From a virus (lineage: Duplodnaviria; Caudoviricetes), in IMG/VR virus record IMGVR_UViG_3300009434_000016, positions 1 to 35,826 of that record: a stretch of 35,826 bases of DNA; one strand, 5' to 3'. Under the pieces are notes generated by a model. It saw only the letters and a list, made by a program, of their open reading frames with translations, had not been told where the DNA came from and did no database searches. Made by a program: the position numbers and the translations under genes. Shown here piece after piece: positions 28,201-35,826 of this stretch; position 1 is the first letter of the stretch; the number at the start of each line of letters is the position of its first letter.

Positions 28201-31200
28201 GTGCACCAGATTGGCAAAGCAATGGCACTTTACGATCACTTGGATCAATCTTTATTGCGCATGATCGATCAAACAATGGTCTTTACACGCGGAACATATA
28301 CGGAAGAAGTGCAACTGCTCCTTTCGCGAATGACGATGATACATCACTTAGACTTTTTGGTGGAAATGTTGGAACCGCATCTATTGAGTTATATGATAGC
28401 AACCACGCCTCAGCAGCCGATCATATAAGCATAAAGAGTACACATACTCAAATTTATTCAGATAATGTACTTGCTTTGGATATTAAAAACGGTGGGCACA
28501 TTGTTGCACCTCTTCAGACGCAATCACTTATTGCTTCAAATAAAAAATCTCTTACCACAAAAGAGTATGTTACAGCCGAGATTGCAAAGGTATATCCTGA
28601 TGATAACTATATATTAAGATCTAATCCTCAATTTGAAAGTGGAGTTACGATTAACGGCTCTAAAAGCCCTGTGGCAGATGGGTTCTATCAAAATACCAAT
28701 CAAGCATTTGCTAAGGATGCAACAAATCTATGGTTAAAGGGAAATAGTGCTGGAGCAAGTGGAATATTCTTTGAGTCCAGCGCAGATGGTGTTCGTACAC
28801 TTGGAGATTCTGGCGATGGAGCATTTATTCAATATCGCGCCCACGGCATTCACGGTGACCAAACTGGAGAGCAATCAGATCTTGTCATTGGTGTAACAAA
28901 TGATCCTCGTGCACCGCAAGATGATAAGATTGTATTTAGTGTACCCAGTAAAGATAGCTTGGTTGCTACATTCGATAACGGATCTACTGAGCATAAAATA
29001 TGGCATGAAGGTAATGATGGAAGTACCTCTGGTCTAGATGCTGATAAACTTGATGGATACCATGCAAGCTCTTTTGCTCTAAAATCTGGAACTGCATTTA
29101 CTGGAGACAGCTCTATTGCACAAGGAAAGACCCTTCGGTTTATTCACGGCAATGCGGCTGATGCAAATGACGGTACTATAAGCGCTGGAAAATTTGCCAG
29201 TGGTCTAAATATTGTTGGTACAAAAACTACTGCAGGTGGATCTTACGAAGGTAGACAAGTTCGCATCTGGGGAGATCTTATCACAAACTCCGGTGATAAA
29301 TATTGGAATGCTGGTAATGATGGAACTACCTCCGGCCTGGATGCAGATCTACTTGATGGATATCATGCGAGTGATTTTGCTAAACCTAATACAAAGATTT
29401 CAGTACTGAGTCCGACCGCTGATTCTCACGCTGCTACGAAAAAGTATGTTGATAATAAGACTGCTAGTCTCACCAATGCTAGCACACTCGATGGAATCGA
29501 TTCTTTAGAATTCATTAATAATACTGCAAGTCCGAACGCATTAAAATCTAATTTGACTCCTGGTTGGTACACTATCGCGGTTAATACTGGAAGTAGAGCG
29601 GTCGCAAGATTTGGCCTGAAAGATCAAAGATCCAGTCGTCATCAATCTATTGTTTTTTATGCTTCTCACAGTTATGGTAGAGATGATTCAAACAACATTA
29701 CTGTTTTACATAGTAGTAGTTATAATCGAAACCTGCCATTTAAGAATATTCGAATAAAAGAAGGTGAAACATATGATGGAGCTGCACTTCAGATATTTAT
29801 TTCGAATTCGAGCAATAGTGTTCAAGCATTTCTGTTAGGTGATAATTTCCAAACTAGTGGATGGAGGTTAAGAGATTGGGTACCTGATAGTCAAAACCCA
29901 AATATTGGTTATTCATATCCAGATCCTAATGAAGCTCAAAGAAGTTATAGCGGATATTACGCTTCCGGATTGAACCAATCTAAATTTTATTCAACAACTG
30001 CTTGGTCAGTCGATGACAAGAATAATCTTCCTAACGAGTATGTACAACTCGATCTATTGCAAAATCAGCTTTTTGCTGGTCTACAAACTAGAGGACGTGG
30101 TGATGGTCAGGAACAATGGGTTACAAAGTATAAGGTTGCATATTCTACAGACAATATAACTTATACTTATATTAATAATGGTCAAGTATTTACTGGAAAT
30201 AGCGATACAGACTCTTCATACCAAAATATATTTTCTCCAGTTACTGCTCGATGGGTTCGTGTTTATCCAGTAGAATATTTTAGTCATCCAAGTATGAGAC
30301 TTCGGCTTGTGATTGATGCATGGAATGTAGTAACCAATGTTGCAGGTGAAGTTGATTTGGGTGTCTCGAATGGTGGTATTATCACTACTGATGAAGTTTA
30401 CGCTGGTGGACAAACAACACAGAATAAATTGTGGCACGCAGGTAATACAACAAATGCTGTTGTAAATACAACTATTAAGAATGGCAGTGTATCTGCAAAT
30501 AAACTTTCTACAGGTGCACCAAGTTGGGATACCAGTAAAAACCTATTCGTTAAAGGCAAATTGCGATTAGGCGAGCCAGTATCAGGTATTACGCCATTGA
30601 CAGAAATATATGCAGAACGCATCGGAACTGAAGACATTCTAACAGTCTATGCAAATGATAAAATAGTATTCCAAAATAGTGACAGACTTCCAACCATGAC
30701 GATTAATCATAGTGGAAATAGAGTAATAATTGGAGGAGATACTATATTACCCGAGCAGGGTAAATTGCATATCGACTCTGCTGCTGTACCTCTATCATTT
30801 AGAGAAACTGATCAAACCGGTGGAGGTTCTTTTTGGAGAATGCCGCTTGATTATGAATCATTAAGGTTTGATTCTTCAAATGATGGAACTTCGTTTGGTA
30901 CTACTGGATATACTAATGTGTTTCAGATGTATAAAAATGGTAAACTTCGCGCACCAAGTTTGTCTTATAGAGACATTGATCATCAAAGATCGCTCGTTAC
31001 TAAAGAATACGTTGATACTAAAGTAGGTGGTAGAGCTACCACCGCATATGTTGATAGTAAAGTAGCTGGTATAACTCCCGGAAAACTGTATCACGTTAAT
31101 GCTATTCAAAAAAGTCAAGGATATTACAAAACCGCTGATACAAACTCATCTAGTAATGTAACGCCAAACACTGCTGTTTATACTTATGCAAAGGCAGTAT

Positions 31201-31361
31201 TACCAAATTTAGCCGCTGGAGATAAGGTAATGGTAGTTTGGGGATATAGAACGAAGGATTCGAGTAATGGTACGACGTACGCATTCCAATATGCCACAAC
31301 ACTGTATAACGTCTTAAGTGCTAGTACTTGGAGTGTAATAAAATCCGGAAGAATAATTTAA
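25293..31361 (+). CDS. large tail fibre / receptor-binding protein with an F5/8 type C (discoidin) domain
   Basis: Repeated WH.GNDG..SGLDADLLDG, TK.YVD and HNHD fibre motifs. Discoidin motif AW...EYVQLDL...GLQTRGR...QWVTKYKVAYS...FTGNSD...PVTARWVRVYP...SMRL. Confidence 0.85.
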   Translation: MSTKISALDERLQIDINGEEFFPIIDGTVGAYHTYKIKLDSLFASDQGFEKVTNLVVTGAALPDRQTVADDNEKFTLTYTKEDNTTDVITIDKYKILANDVKFIHIDPAGYVTSTDRIDTHIVDDRLTTAKAVDTHIDHREALYDTEIKGYFGDSTTSRVTGNHVLKDFRLNSEVASDFTALLDGVNTNLNTFKKIEDRFATIDYSDKIGTGQVNIAHFTINEIDLNQRLSIKKLAVGTDLISNNAITTNKVRDLSIVNSKLSTEAVSTVKIQDGAITNSKVATGAIDPSKLSAYGPSWSDSAVSVPNNLLVGSDVIAQGRIRSYGTDFHLYSAGRSEGNVHNGRALVHNRGDRLTINYAKDYTGGVEIRGVVKIPDQTQDQILASGPRAIVTKEYVDYADIRIRPLDPTRIQDDCIQLRHMSDNSVGTFEILDDSITSAKVENIGPQWTNDGTVTIIKDLDVNGSKLDLGDRTNTSTDPTEIKLISSNVSSDSVGYARILRKSGLNGALQIDNKGSTEFSLNGSTKLQVSSSNVKVDTSLHITGKDSTTIGYNNFANPALLVGASDYGIAIDSNEIVQKGNHLHLGVADPATQNINFQGGPLLLTRIYGDSGTIYTRGGFITDSGVISTNNNTSRLILQGGKENISGADIELYGSDNPNHPGFAYYDADKHTFRSQDNNQIALTIDSKQRKVTLHTEGTSPNHLVTKSYVDKEKFPKITRLNDITLRMNSGFYETNAADTNNGWPESTGLWYHLLTSTHSNSSNYNSLQFAAPFYEQDVYFRSTNNDGKREWNKLWHTNNVGSGSGLDADLLDGKEAAEFSLIAHNHDTRYLKLSGGALTGDVNFSNDQQGIVWNRNTDGASIKFYNTGDSDNTSRLEFQTTDNRNEYFIFTHQPYNDTLIDLLKISNTELSYKANKIWHAGNDGTTSGLDADLLDGLEATAFSLVGHNHDTLYRKLTTKIGVNDLTTGAPDWQSNGTLRSLGSIFIAHDRSNNGLYTRNIYGRSATAPFANDDDTSLRLFGGNVGTASIELYDSNHASAADHISIKSTHTQIYSDNVLALDIKNGGHIVAPLQTQSLIASNKKSLTTKEYVTAEIAKVYPDDNYILRSNPQFESGVTINGSKSPVADGFYQNTNQAFAKDATNLWLKGNSAGASGIFFESSADGVRTLGDSGDGAFIQYRAHGIHGDQTGEQSDLVIGVTNDPRAPQDDKIVFSVPSKDSLVATFDNGSTEHKIWHEGNDGSTSGLDADKLDGYHASSFALKSGTAFTGDSSIAQGKTLRFIHGNAADANDGTISAGKFASGLNIVGTKTTAGGSYEGRQVRIWGDLITNSGDKYWNAGNDGTTSGLDADLLDGYHASDFAKPNTKISVLSPTADSHAATKKYVDNKTASLTNASTLDGIDSLEFINNTASPNALKSNLTPGWYTIAVNTGSRAVARFGLKDQRSSRHQSIVFYASHSYGRDDSNNITVLHSSSYNRNLPFKNIRIKEGETYDGAALQIFISNSSNSVQAFLLGDNFQTSGWRLRDWVPDSQNPNIGYSYPDPNEAQRSYSGYYASGLNQSKFYSTTAWSVDDKNNLPNEYVQLDLLQNQLFAGLQTRGRGDGQEQWVTKYKVAYSTDNITYTYINNGQVFTGNSDTDSSYQNIFSPVTARWVRVYPVEYFSHPSMRLRLVIDAWNVVTNVAGEVDLGVSNGGIITTDEVYAGGQTTQNKLWHAGNTTNAVVNTTIKNGSVSANKLSTGAPSWDTSKNLFVKGKLRLGEPVSGITPLTEIYAERIGTEDILTVYANDKIVFQNSDRLPTMTINHSGNRVIIGGDTILPEQGKLHIDSAAVPLSFRETDQTGGGSFWRMPLDYESLRFDSSNDGTSFGTTGYTNVFQMYKNGKLRAPSLSYRDIDHQRSLVTKEYVDTKVGGRATTAYVDSKVAGITPGKLYHVNAIQKSQGYYKTADTNSSSNVTPNTAVYTYAKAVLPNLAAGDKVMVVWGYRTKDSSNGTTYAFQYATTLYNVLSASTWSVIKSGRII
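27675..29363 (+). repeat. four dispersed GLDADLLDG-encoding direct repeats in the fibre gene
   Basis: Copies near 27675, 28043, 28994 and 29298. Segments 28043-28094 and 28994-29045 match at 49 of 52 nt. Confidence 0.9.
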
Positions 31362-31376
31362 AAATAATATATAATA

Positions 31377-31886
31377 ATGAATAATCACGTAATAGTATTT
31401 AATAAAGTCTCAAAAGAGTATTTTGCGGTAGTATCGCTTAATGCAATAGATCAAATTGATAAGAATTTTTTTACTACCAAGACTGTAGAATTTGATGATA
31501 CTACCCACGAATGGGATGGAGGAAATCTTGATAATGGACAAGTTATTGCCAAAGGTGATTCTATTCCTGTAGTAACTGAAAGTAATCTAGACGCGACTTG
31601 CGGAAGATCTATTACAGATGTATATCAAACACACCATGAATTAAATGCAATTATTGATGTATTGAGTCAAATTATTGAAACACAAAATATGTCAGGTGCT
31701 GCTATAGATAAGTTTAATGAAGTGAAAAACTTTATAGCTAATCGCAGATTGATAAATGAACGATATAAATTGGCTTATCAAAACGACACTTCGTGGAATT
31801 ACGTGTCTAAAGAACAAGAACAAGAAGATATCGATCGTTTGTATGATGGAGGATTATATGAGAAAATAACAACGGATATCGTATGA
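31377..31886 (+). CDS. hypothetical protein, possible tail fibre assembly chaperone
   Basis: 169-aa ORF immediately after the fibre gene with a helical C-terminal half. The function is inferred from position only. Confidence 0.5.
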   Translation: MNNHVIVFNKVSKEYFAVVSLNAIDQIDKNFFTTKTVEFDDTTHEWDGGNLDNGQVIAKGDSIPVVTESNLDATCGRSITDVYQTHHELNAIIDVLSQIIETQNMSGAAIDKFNEVKNFIANRRLINERYKLAYQNDTSWNYVSKEQEQEDIDRLYDGGLYEKITTDIV

Positions 31887-32431
31887 ACCATTTGAATGAA
31901 ATTTCTGATCTTTTACATGTTTATCCAAACTTCTTATCTGAAGAAGTATGTAATGAAATAGTTGAATATTCAGAAAAAAGGCCAAACATATTTCGTGATA
32001 GAAGCAAAGAATATGTAAATCGCGGAGTTGATGGTGACGTAGGAAAATATTACGCGGCTGAGATAAGCCGTAAAAGTTTAGTGCCTCTATGGAAAAAATA
32101 TTTTTAAGATTTAATGTTTAAGGAATTTGCTCCGGTTGAGGTGCAAATCAATAAGTATGATATAGGAGCATTTATTCCTCCGCATGTTGACAACAGCATG
32201 GCTTTTCACACAATTTGTGTTCCATTACAAACAGATCCTGATAATTGTTTAATTTTTGGAGATAAAGAAGTTTATCATAATAATATAAATATCAACGAAG
32301 CAGAGAAAGAAGAAAAAATTAAAGTATTTAAAGATAAAAAGGGATATGGCTATCATTTTGAAGGAATGAAACCAGTTCATTGGGTTCCACCAGTTACTTC
32401 TAAAAGATACAGTTTAGTAATCATATTTTAA
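31883..32431 (+). pseudogene. 2OG-Fe(II) oxygenase (prolyl 4-hydroxylase-like) interrupted by an in-frame TAA at 32105-32107
   Basis: ORFs 31883..32107 and 32114..32431 share a frame. The first has VYPNFLSEEVCNEIV; the second has QINKYDIGAFIPPHVD (HxD), VHWVPPV and KRYSLV. Confidence 0.8.
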
Positions 32432-32435
32432 GATC

Positions 32436-32942
32436 ATGAATAGACAACAACATACATTTACAAACATTGAAACAAAAGTTAATACTATTTTAAGTCATGC
32501 AAATGGTTTAGGCTTTAAAAGAATCGAAGGTATCGATAGACGCGAATCACACATACACGATAACTTAGAAACTCTTTCTGATTATGAGTTTATAAGCTCA
32601 CGAGCAGTAGCTAAAAATAATAAGCTATTTAATGCTATTGAAGATTTAGCAGAAACAATAGGACTAAAAGACAAAGTTCTTGTTTCATCATTTATGCAAT
32701 TACAAAGCGGTGACTTTTTAGAGTGGAGCGATATCGATTATTGGAAAGAAAATACAATTGGAAAGTTCTTTTCAATCGCATTAACAAGTGGCAATTCAAT
32801 TGAATTTAAGGACGGTATTGTTCAAGTTCCTCAATATGGAGCAATTGCGTTTAATACCGGAGATGTTCATCGTATACAAACCGTCAATTCAAAGCAAACA
32901 TGGTTGGTACTAATGATACCAGATTATTTTAATCTGGTTTAG
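32436..32942 (+). CDS. 2OG-Fe(II) oxygenase-like/cupin-fold protein, apparently lacking the HxD motif
   Basis: FMQLQSGDFLEWSD, FFSIAL and GAIAFNTGDVHRIQTV...TWLVL follow a double-stranded beta-helix pattern. Confidence 0.55.
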   Translation: MNRQQHTFTNIETKVNTILSHANGLGFKRIEGIDRRESHIHDNLETLSDYEFISSRAVAKNNKLFNAIEDLAETIGLKDKVLVSSFMQLQSGDFLEWSDIDYWKENTIGKFFSIALTSGNSIEFKDGIVQVPQYGAIAFNTGDVHRIQTVNSKQTWLVLMIPDYFNLV

Positions 32943-32965
32943 TGATACTATTCAATTTAAACTTA

Positions 32966-32973
32966 TATAAATA
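32966..32973 (+). promoter_or_regulatory. late promoter TATAAATA for gp8
   Basis: TATAAATA-AGACT-ATG. Confidence 0.8.
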
Positions 32974-32978
32974 AGACT

Positions 32979-34535
32979 ATGGCAGCAATTATAACATCAG
33001 AATTTCGAAAGAACTCTCGTAAGATTTTTACTAATGATATTAAATCATCAACAGTAGATGACTACTTTATTGGACTTGGTAAGACAGACAGTTGGCCTGA
33101 TACAGCAGATGCTGAAGGCAATCAGGTAACAGAATATAGCAGACAGTTCTCTGCTCCTTTGCCGATTGATACCACTATCATGAAGACAGACGTATTGAAA
33201 AACCTTTTGGTTTTAGTGAAGACAGATGCGGCTGAAGTTTTTAATGTTATTCCTAGAAACAATTGGGCGTTTAACAGAATTTATAAAACATATGATCCAA
33301 CCGATCCAAGGTGTTTTGATTATGAAACAATTGACGGTATAGCACATTATCCGTGTTATGTTACTTCTAATGATCGTGTCTATATGTGTCTATCCAATAT
33401 TGATTCTAATGGTGATATCATAGAATCAACGACCGCTATTCCATCAGGAGCAGGAGCATCTCAAGAAAGTTATCATACTCCAGCAAAATTGTCTGATGCT
33501 TATCTTTGGGCTTACGTAACATCTTTAGATGAAGATTCTAAATTTTATACTGATCAGTTCGTAAACTATACATATCCAAGCCCATCAGACGAAGATTTTA
33601 CTCAGATCGCAAATACCACTGGAGGTTTAGTATACGGATTTAAGATTAACTATGGTGGAGGAGATAATTCAGTCAATGTGGACTCTGCGGAACTTAACTT
33701 AGTTGGCACTACCCGCGATACTCAAACTGGTGAACTTCAACATGCTGAAGACGTCGAAATGAATTCTGAGAACGGTTTTGATGTAGTCTTTGGTGCTAAT
33801 GGTATCGAGTCAATTACATATATAGAAACCCAGGGTGTAATACCATGGAGAAAGGGTTATGTATCAGCGTCAGTATCAGTAAAGGTTGATAACGTAATAA
33901 GCGAAACGATAGAAATCGTACCATATGTTTTACCGTATGACGGCCTTGGTCGATATCCTGATAATGATCTTCCATCTTATTACGCTGGTATTGCAGTTGA
34001 TTTTATTGGAGAAGTCGATGGAGAAGCTCCTGTTGGTTATGCTGTTGATGTTCGCCAAATTAGTTTGGTTAAAAACCCACAACGAAATCCAGCTATTAAT
34101 CAATCGAACGATAACGATGATGATACAAATGAAGGTTTCTATGTTCACGATGAAGCATATGATGCCCTAAAGTATATTCAATTGCCACCTACAACTCTTG
34201 TAAAAGATTATATCGGAAGAGATTTTATTATTGAACAAGAGGGAACTGGAGCTAGAGCTTGGTTAGATATTTCCGATAATCAAAACGAAAGATTATACTA
34301 TCACCAAAATAGTTCTCCATTAGTTAACTTTAAACGATTCGAACCTGAAGGTGAAGGATCGATTAAAATTACAACTATAGGAGGATTTTGGGATGAAGAA
34401 ACATATACGTGTCTCTCAGCCAACGATCCTGAATATCTTCCTGAGACTGGTGAAGTTATTTTTTATGAGAATAGAAAGCCTATAAATAGAAACTATAATC
34501 AAACAGATGAAGTAAAACTTGTTATCCAATTCTAA
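32979..34535 (+). CDS. 8: baseplate wedge subunit gp8
   Basis: MAAIITSEFR, YFIGLGKTDSW, VIPRNNW, YVTSNDRVYMCLSN, DAYLWAY, RQISLVKNP and GEVIFYENRKPINR...DEVKLVIQF. Confidence 0.92.
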   Translation: MAAIITSEFRKNSRKIFTNDIKSSTVDDYFIGLGKTDSWPDTADAEGNQVTEYSRQFSAPLPIDTTIMKTDVLKNLLVLVKTDAAEVFNVIPRNNWAFNRIYKTYDPTDPRCFDYETIDGIAHYPCYVTSNDRVYMCLSNIDSNGDIIESTTAIPSGAGASQESYHTPAKLSDAYLWAYVTSLDEDSKFYTDQFVNYTYPSPSDEDFTQIANTTGGLVYGFKINYGGGDNSVNVDSAELNLVGTTRDTQTGELQHAEDVEMNSENGFDVVFGANGIESITYIETQGVIPWRKGYVSASVSVKVDNVISETIEIVPYVLPYDGLGRYPDNDLPSYYAGIAVDFIGEVDGEAPVGYAVDVRQISLVKNPQRNPAINQSNDNDDDTNEGFYVHDEAYDALKYIQLPPTTLVKDYIGRDFIIEQEGTGARAWLDISDNQNERLYYHQNSSPLVNFKRFEPEGEGSIKITTIGGFWDEETYTCLSANDPEYLPETGEVIFYENRKPINRNYNQTDEVKLVIQF

Positions 34536-35826
34536 TGGCTATAAAAACCTATCAAAATATACCGTATGTCGATGATTTCTTCGTACCAGACATAAACTTT
34601 AAAAATAAGACTGCAGAAGAAAAGAATTTTCTTAGAATTCTTTTTAAACCTGGAGTAAGCGTACAAGTACGTGAGCTCAACCAAATGCAGTCTATTCTGC
34701 AGAATCAAATCGACAAACTAGGTCGAGGTGTATTTAAAGAAGGTCCAGTTCCAGAATTAGCCACAGAAGCTACATTAGAAAGAAATTTAAACTATGTTGA
34801 TTTGGATATTAATCCATCTCTCGTAACTGGTTTAGTTCCATATCTAAACTTAGTTGATGAAATTCGGTTGAATTATGATCCTTCAGTAAGCCCTGAAGTT
34901 TTTATTAATGCAGAAGTATTACACTATCAAGCCCTTCCAGAATTAAATCGATATAGATTCTTTATTAAGTATCTTAATTCGGTACAAGATGAAGAAGGCG
35001 AGAATGTACAAGAGTTTGATCATTTAGCAAGTCCTGCACAGGTTGTTGAGTTAGCTAATACTATTACTACTGAACTTCAAACAGAATATGCAGCAGGACA
35101 AGATTTTGGAACAGTTGTAGATACTGGTAAAGCTATTCACGGAAAGTCTGAGCAAGGTGTATTCTTTATTAAGGGGCAGTTTGTCTTTGCTGAGGAGCAA
35201 TCAATCTTTGCTCGTTTACCAGCAATAGACTATCTCTTAAATGCTAAATTAGCCTTTAAAGTAAATGAATCTATTGTTAACTATCAAGTGGATAATTCAT
35301 TGCTCGATAATGCTGCAGGCTATCCAAATGAAACTGCACCAGGAGCAGATCGATACACGATTGATTTAGAATTAGTTATTTTTAGTAAAAACACATCTGA
35401 TAGAGACGTAGACTTTATTGCTGGACATCCAAAGATTTATAGTAATGCCACATCAATCGGAGATACTCTATCTCTATTAGAAGTTGATGATAGCGCAATA
35501 GTACAAGTCGCTCGACCAGAATTTAGCGGAATTACTGACGTATTAGCGCAGCGCACCCAAGAAGAAAGCGGCGACTATGCATTAGATCCATATGTTATCG
35601 ATATTACTGGATTTTATAACGTATCAGAAGATGATTCACGGTGTGGACGGGGTGTATATAGCGCTCAACAAATGCTTGATAGTGATATCACTATTCTAGC
35701 TGATGACATTTCAGGTGTAGCACCTGGTCAATTATCTGAAAAATCAGAAGCAGATAGAATTAAATTTGGTAAATCACGATTTGTAGTTGGAGTTGAACCA
35801 TCTATTGCATACGTTGACGGTTATCG
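34535..35826 (+). CDS. large virion structural protein, DUF4815/VrlC-like, 3'-truncated by the window edge
   Basis: Absent from the ORF track (no stop in the window). Hand translation gives MAIKTYQNIPYVDDF...FLRILFKPGVSVQVRELNQMQSILQNQI, LLDNAAGYPNETAPGADRY and LAQRTQEESGDY. TAATG overlap with gp8. Confidence 0.85.
   Translation, partial: MAIKTYQNIPYVDDFFVPDINFKNKTAEEKNFLRILFKPGVSVQVRELNQMQSILQNQIDKLGRGVFKEGPVPELATEATLERNLNYVDLDINPSLVTGLVPYLNLVDEIRLNYDPSVSPEVFINAEVLHYQALPELNRYRFFIKYLNSVQDEEGENVQEFDHLASPAQVVELANTITTELQTEYAAGQDFGTVVDTGKAIHGKSEQGVFFIKGQFVFAEEQSIFARLPAIDYLLNAKLAFKVNESIVNYQVDNSLLDNAAGYPNETAPGADRYTIDLELVIFSKNTSDRDVDFIAGHPKIYSNATSIGDTLSLLEVDDSAIVQVARPEFSGITDVLAQRTQEESGDYALDPYVIDITGFYNVSEDDSRCGRGVYSAQQMLDSDITILADDISGVAPGQLSEKSEADRIKFGKSRFVVGVEPSIAYVDGY

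Noticed and set aside
27675-29363. Fibre repeats as a diversity-generating retroelement TR/VR pair or invertible shufflon
   Set aside because: No reverse transcriptase or invertase is present in the window. The repeats are short, direct and all coding.
32105-32107. Alternative genetic code with TAA reassigned
   Set aside because: Most genes end in TAA at the expected C-termini, and the long ORFs are intact under the standard code.
18123-34488. Intragenic TATAAATA copies (18123, 25110, 32284, 34481)
   Set aside because: Expected by chance in AT-rich coding DNA and not tightly linked to start codons. The copies at 18123 and 34481 might serve gp7 and the DUF4815 gene, but this cannot be supported here.

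Overview
This window is part of a T4-like myophage genome, AT-rich and probably aquatic. From the left it carries small early/accessory genes (a SleB-like cell wall hydrolase and a secreted glycine-zipper protein), then the gp33-gp59-gp32 module ending in a strong terminator. A leftward late block follows (gp4, gp2, gp54-like, gp26, a gp51-like tail ORF, and a 1306-aa putative tape measure protein). A rightward baseplate block comes next: gp48, gp53, gp27-like hub, lysozyme-less gp5, gp25, gp6, a 2321-aa gp7, a 2022-aa fibre, a putative chaperone, two 2OG-Fe(II) oxygenase-like genes, gp8, and the start of a DUF4815/VrlC-like protein. The most notable observation is a T TTT TTC slippery heptamer at the end of gp26. 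A -1 shift there fuses gp26 to an unannotated gp51-type C-terminal frame directly upstream of the tape measure gene, like the lambda G/GT or P2 E/E+E' tail chaperone frameshift. Other observations: apparently leaderless late mRNAs, a nested LamG/FG-GAP architecture in gp7, repeat-delimited fibre modules, and an oxygenase interrupted by one in-frame stop. All calls come from motif recognition and synteny; no database searches were run.
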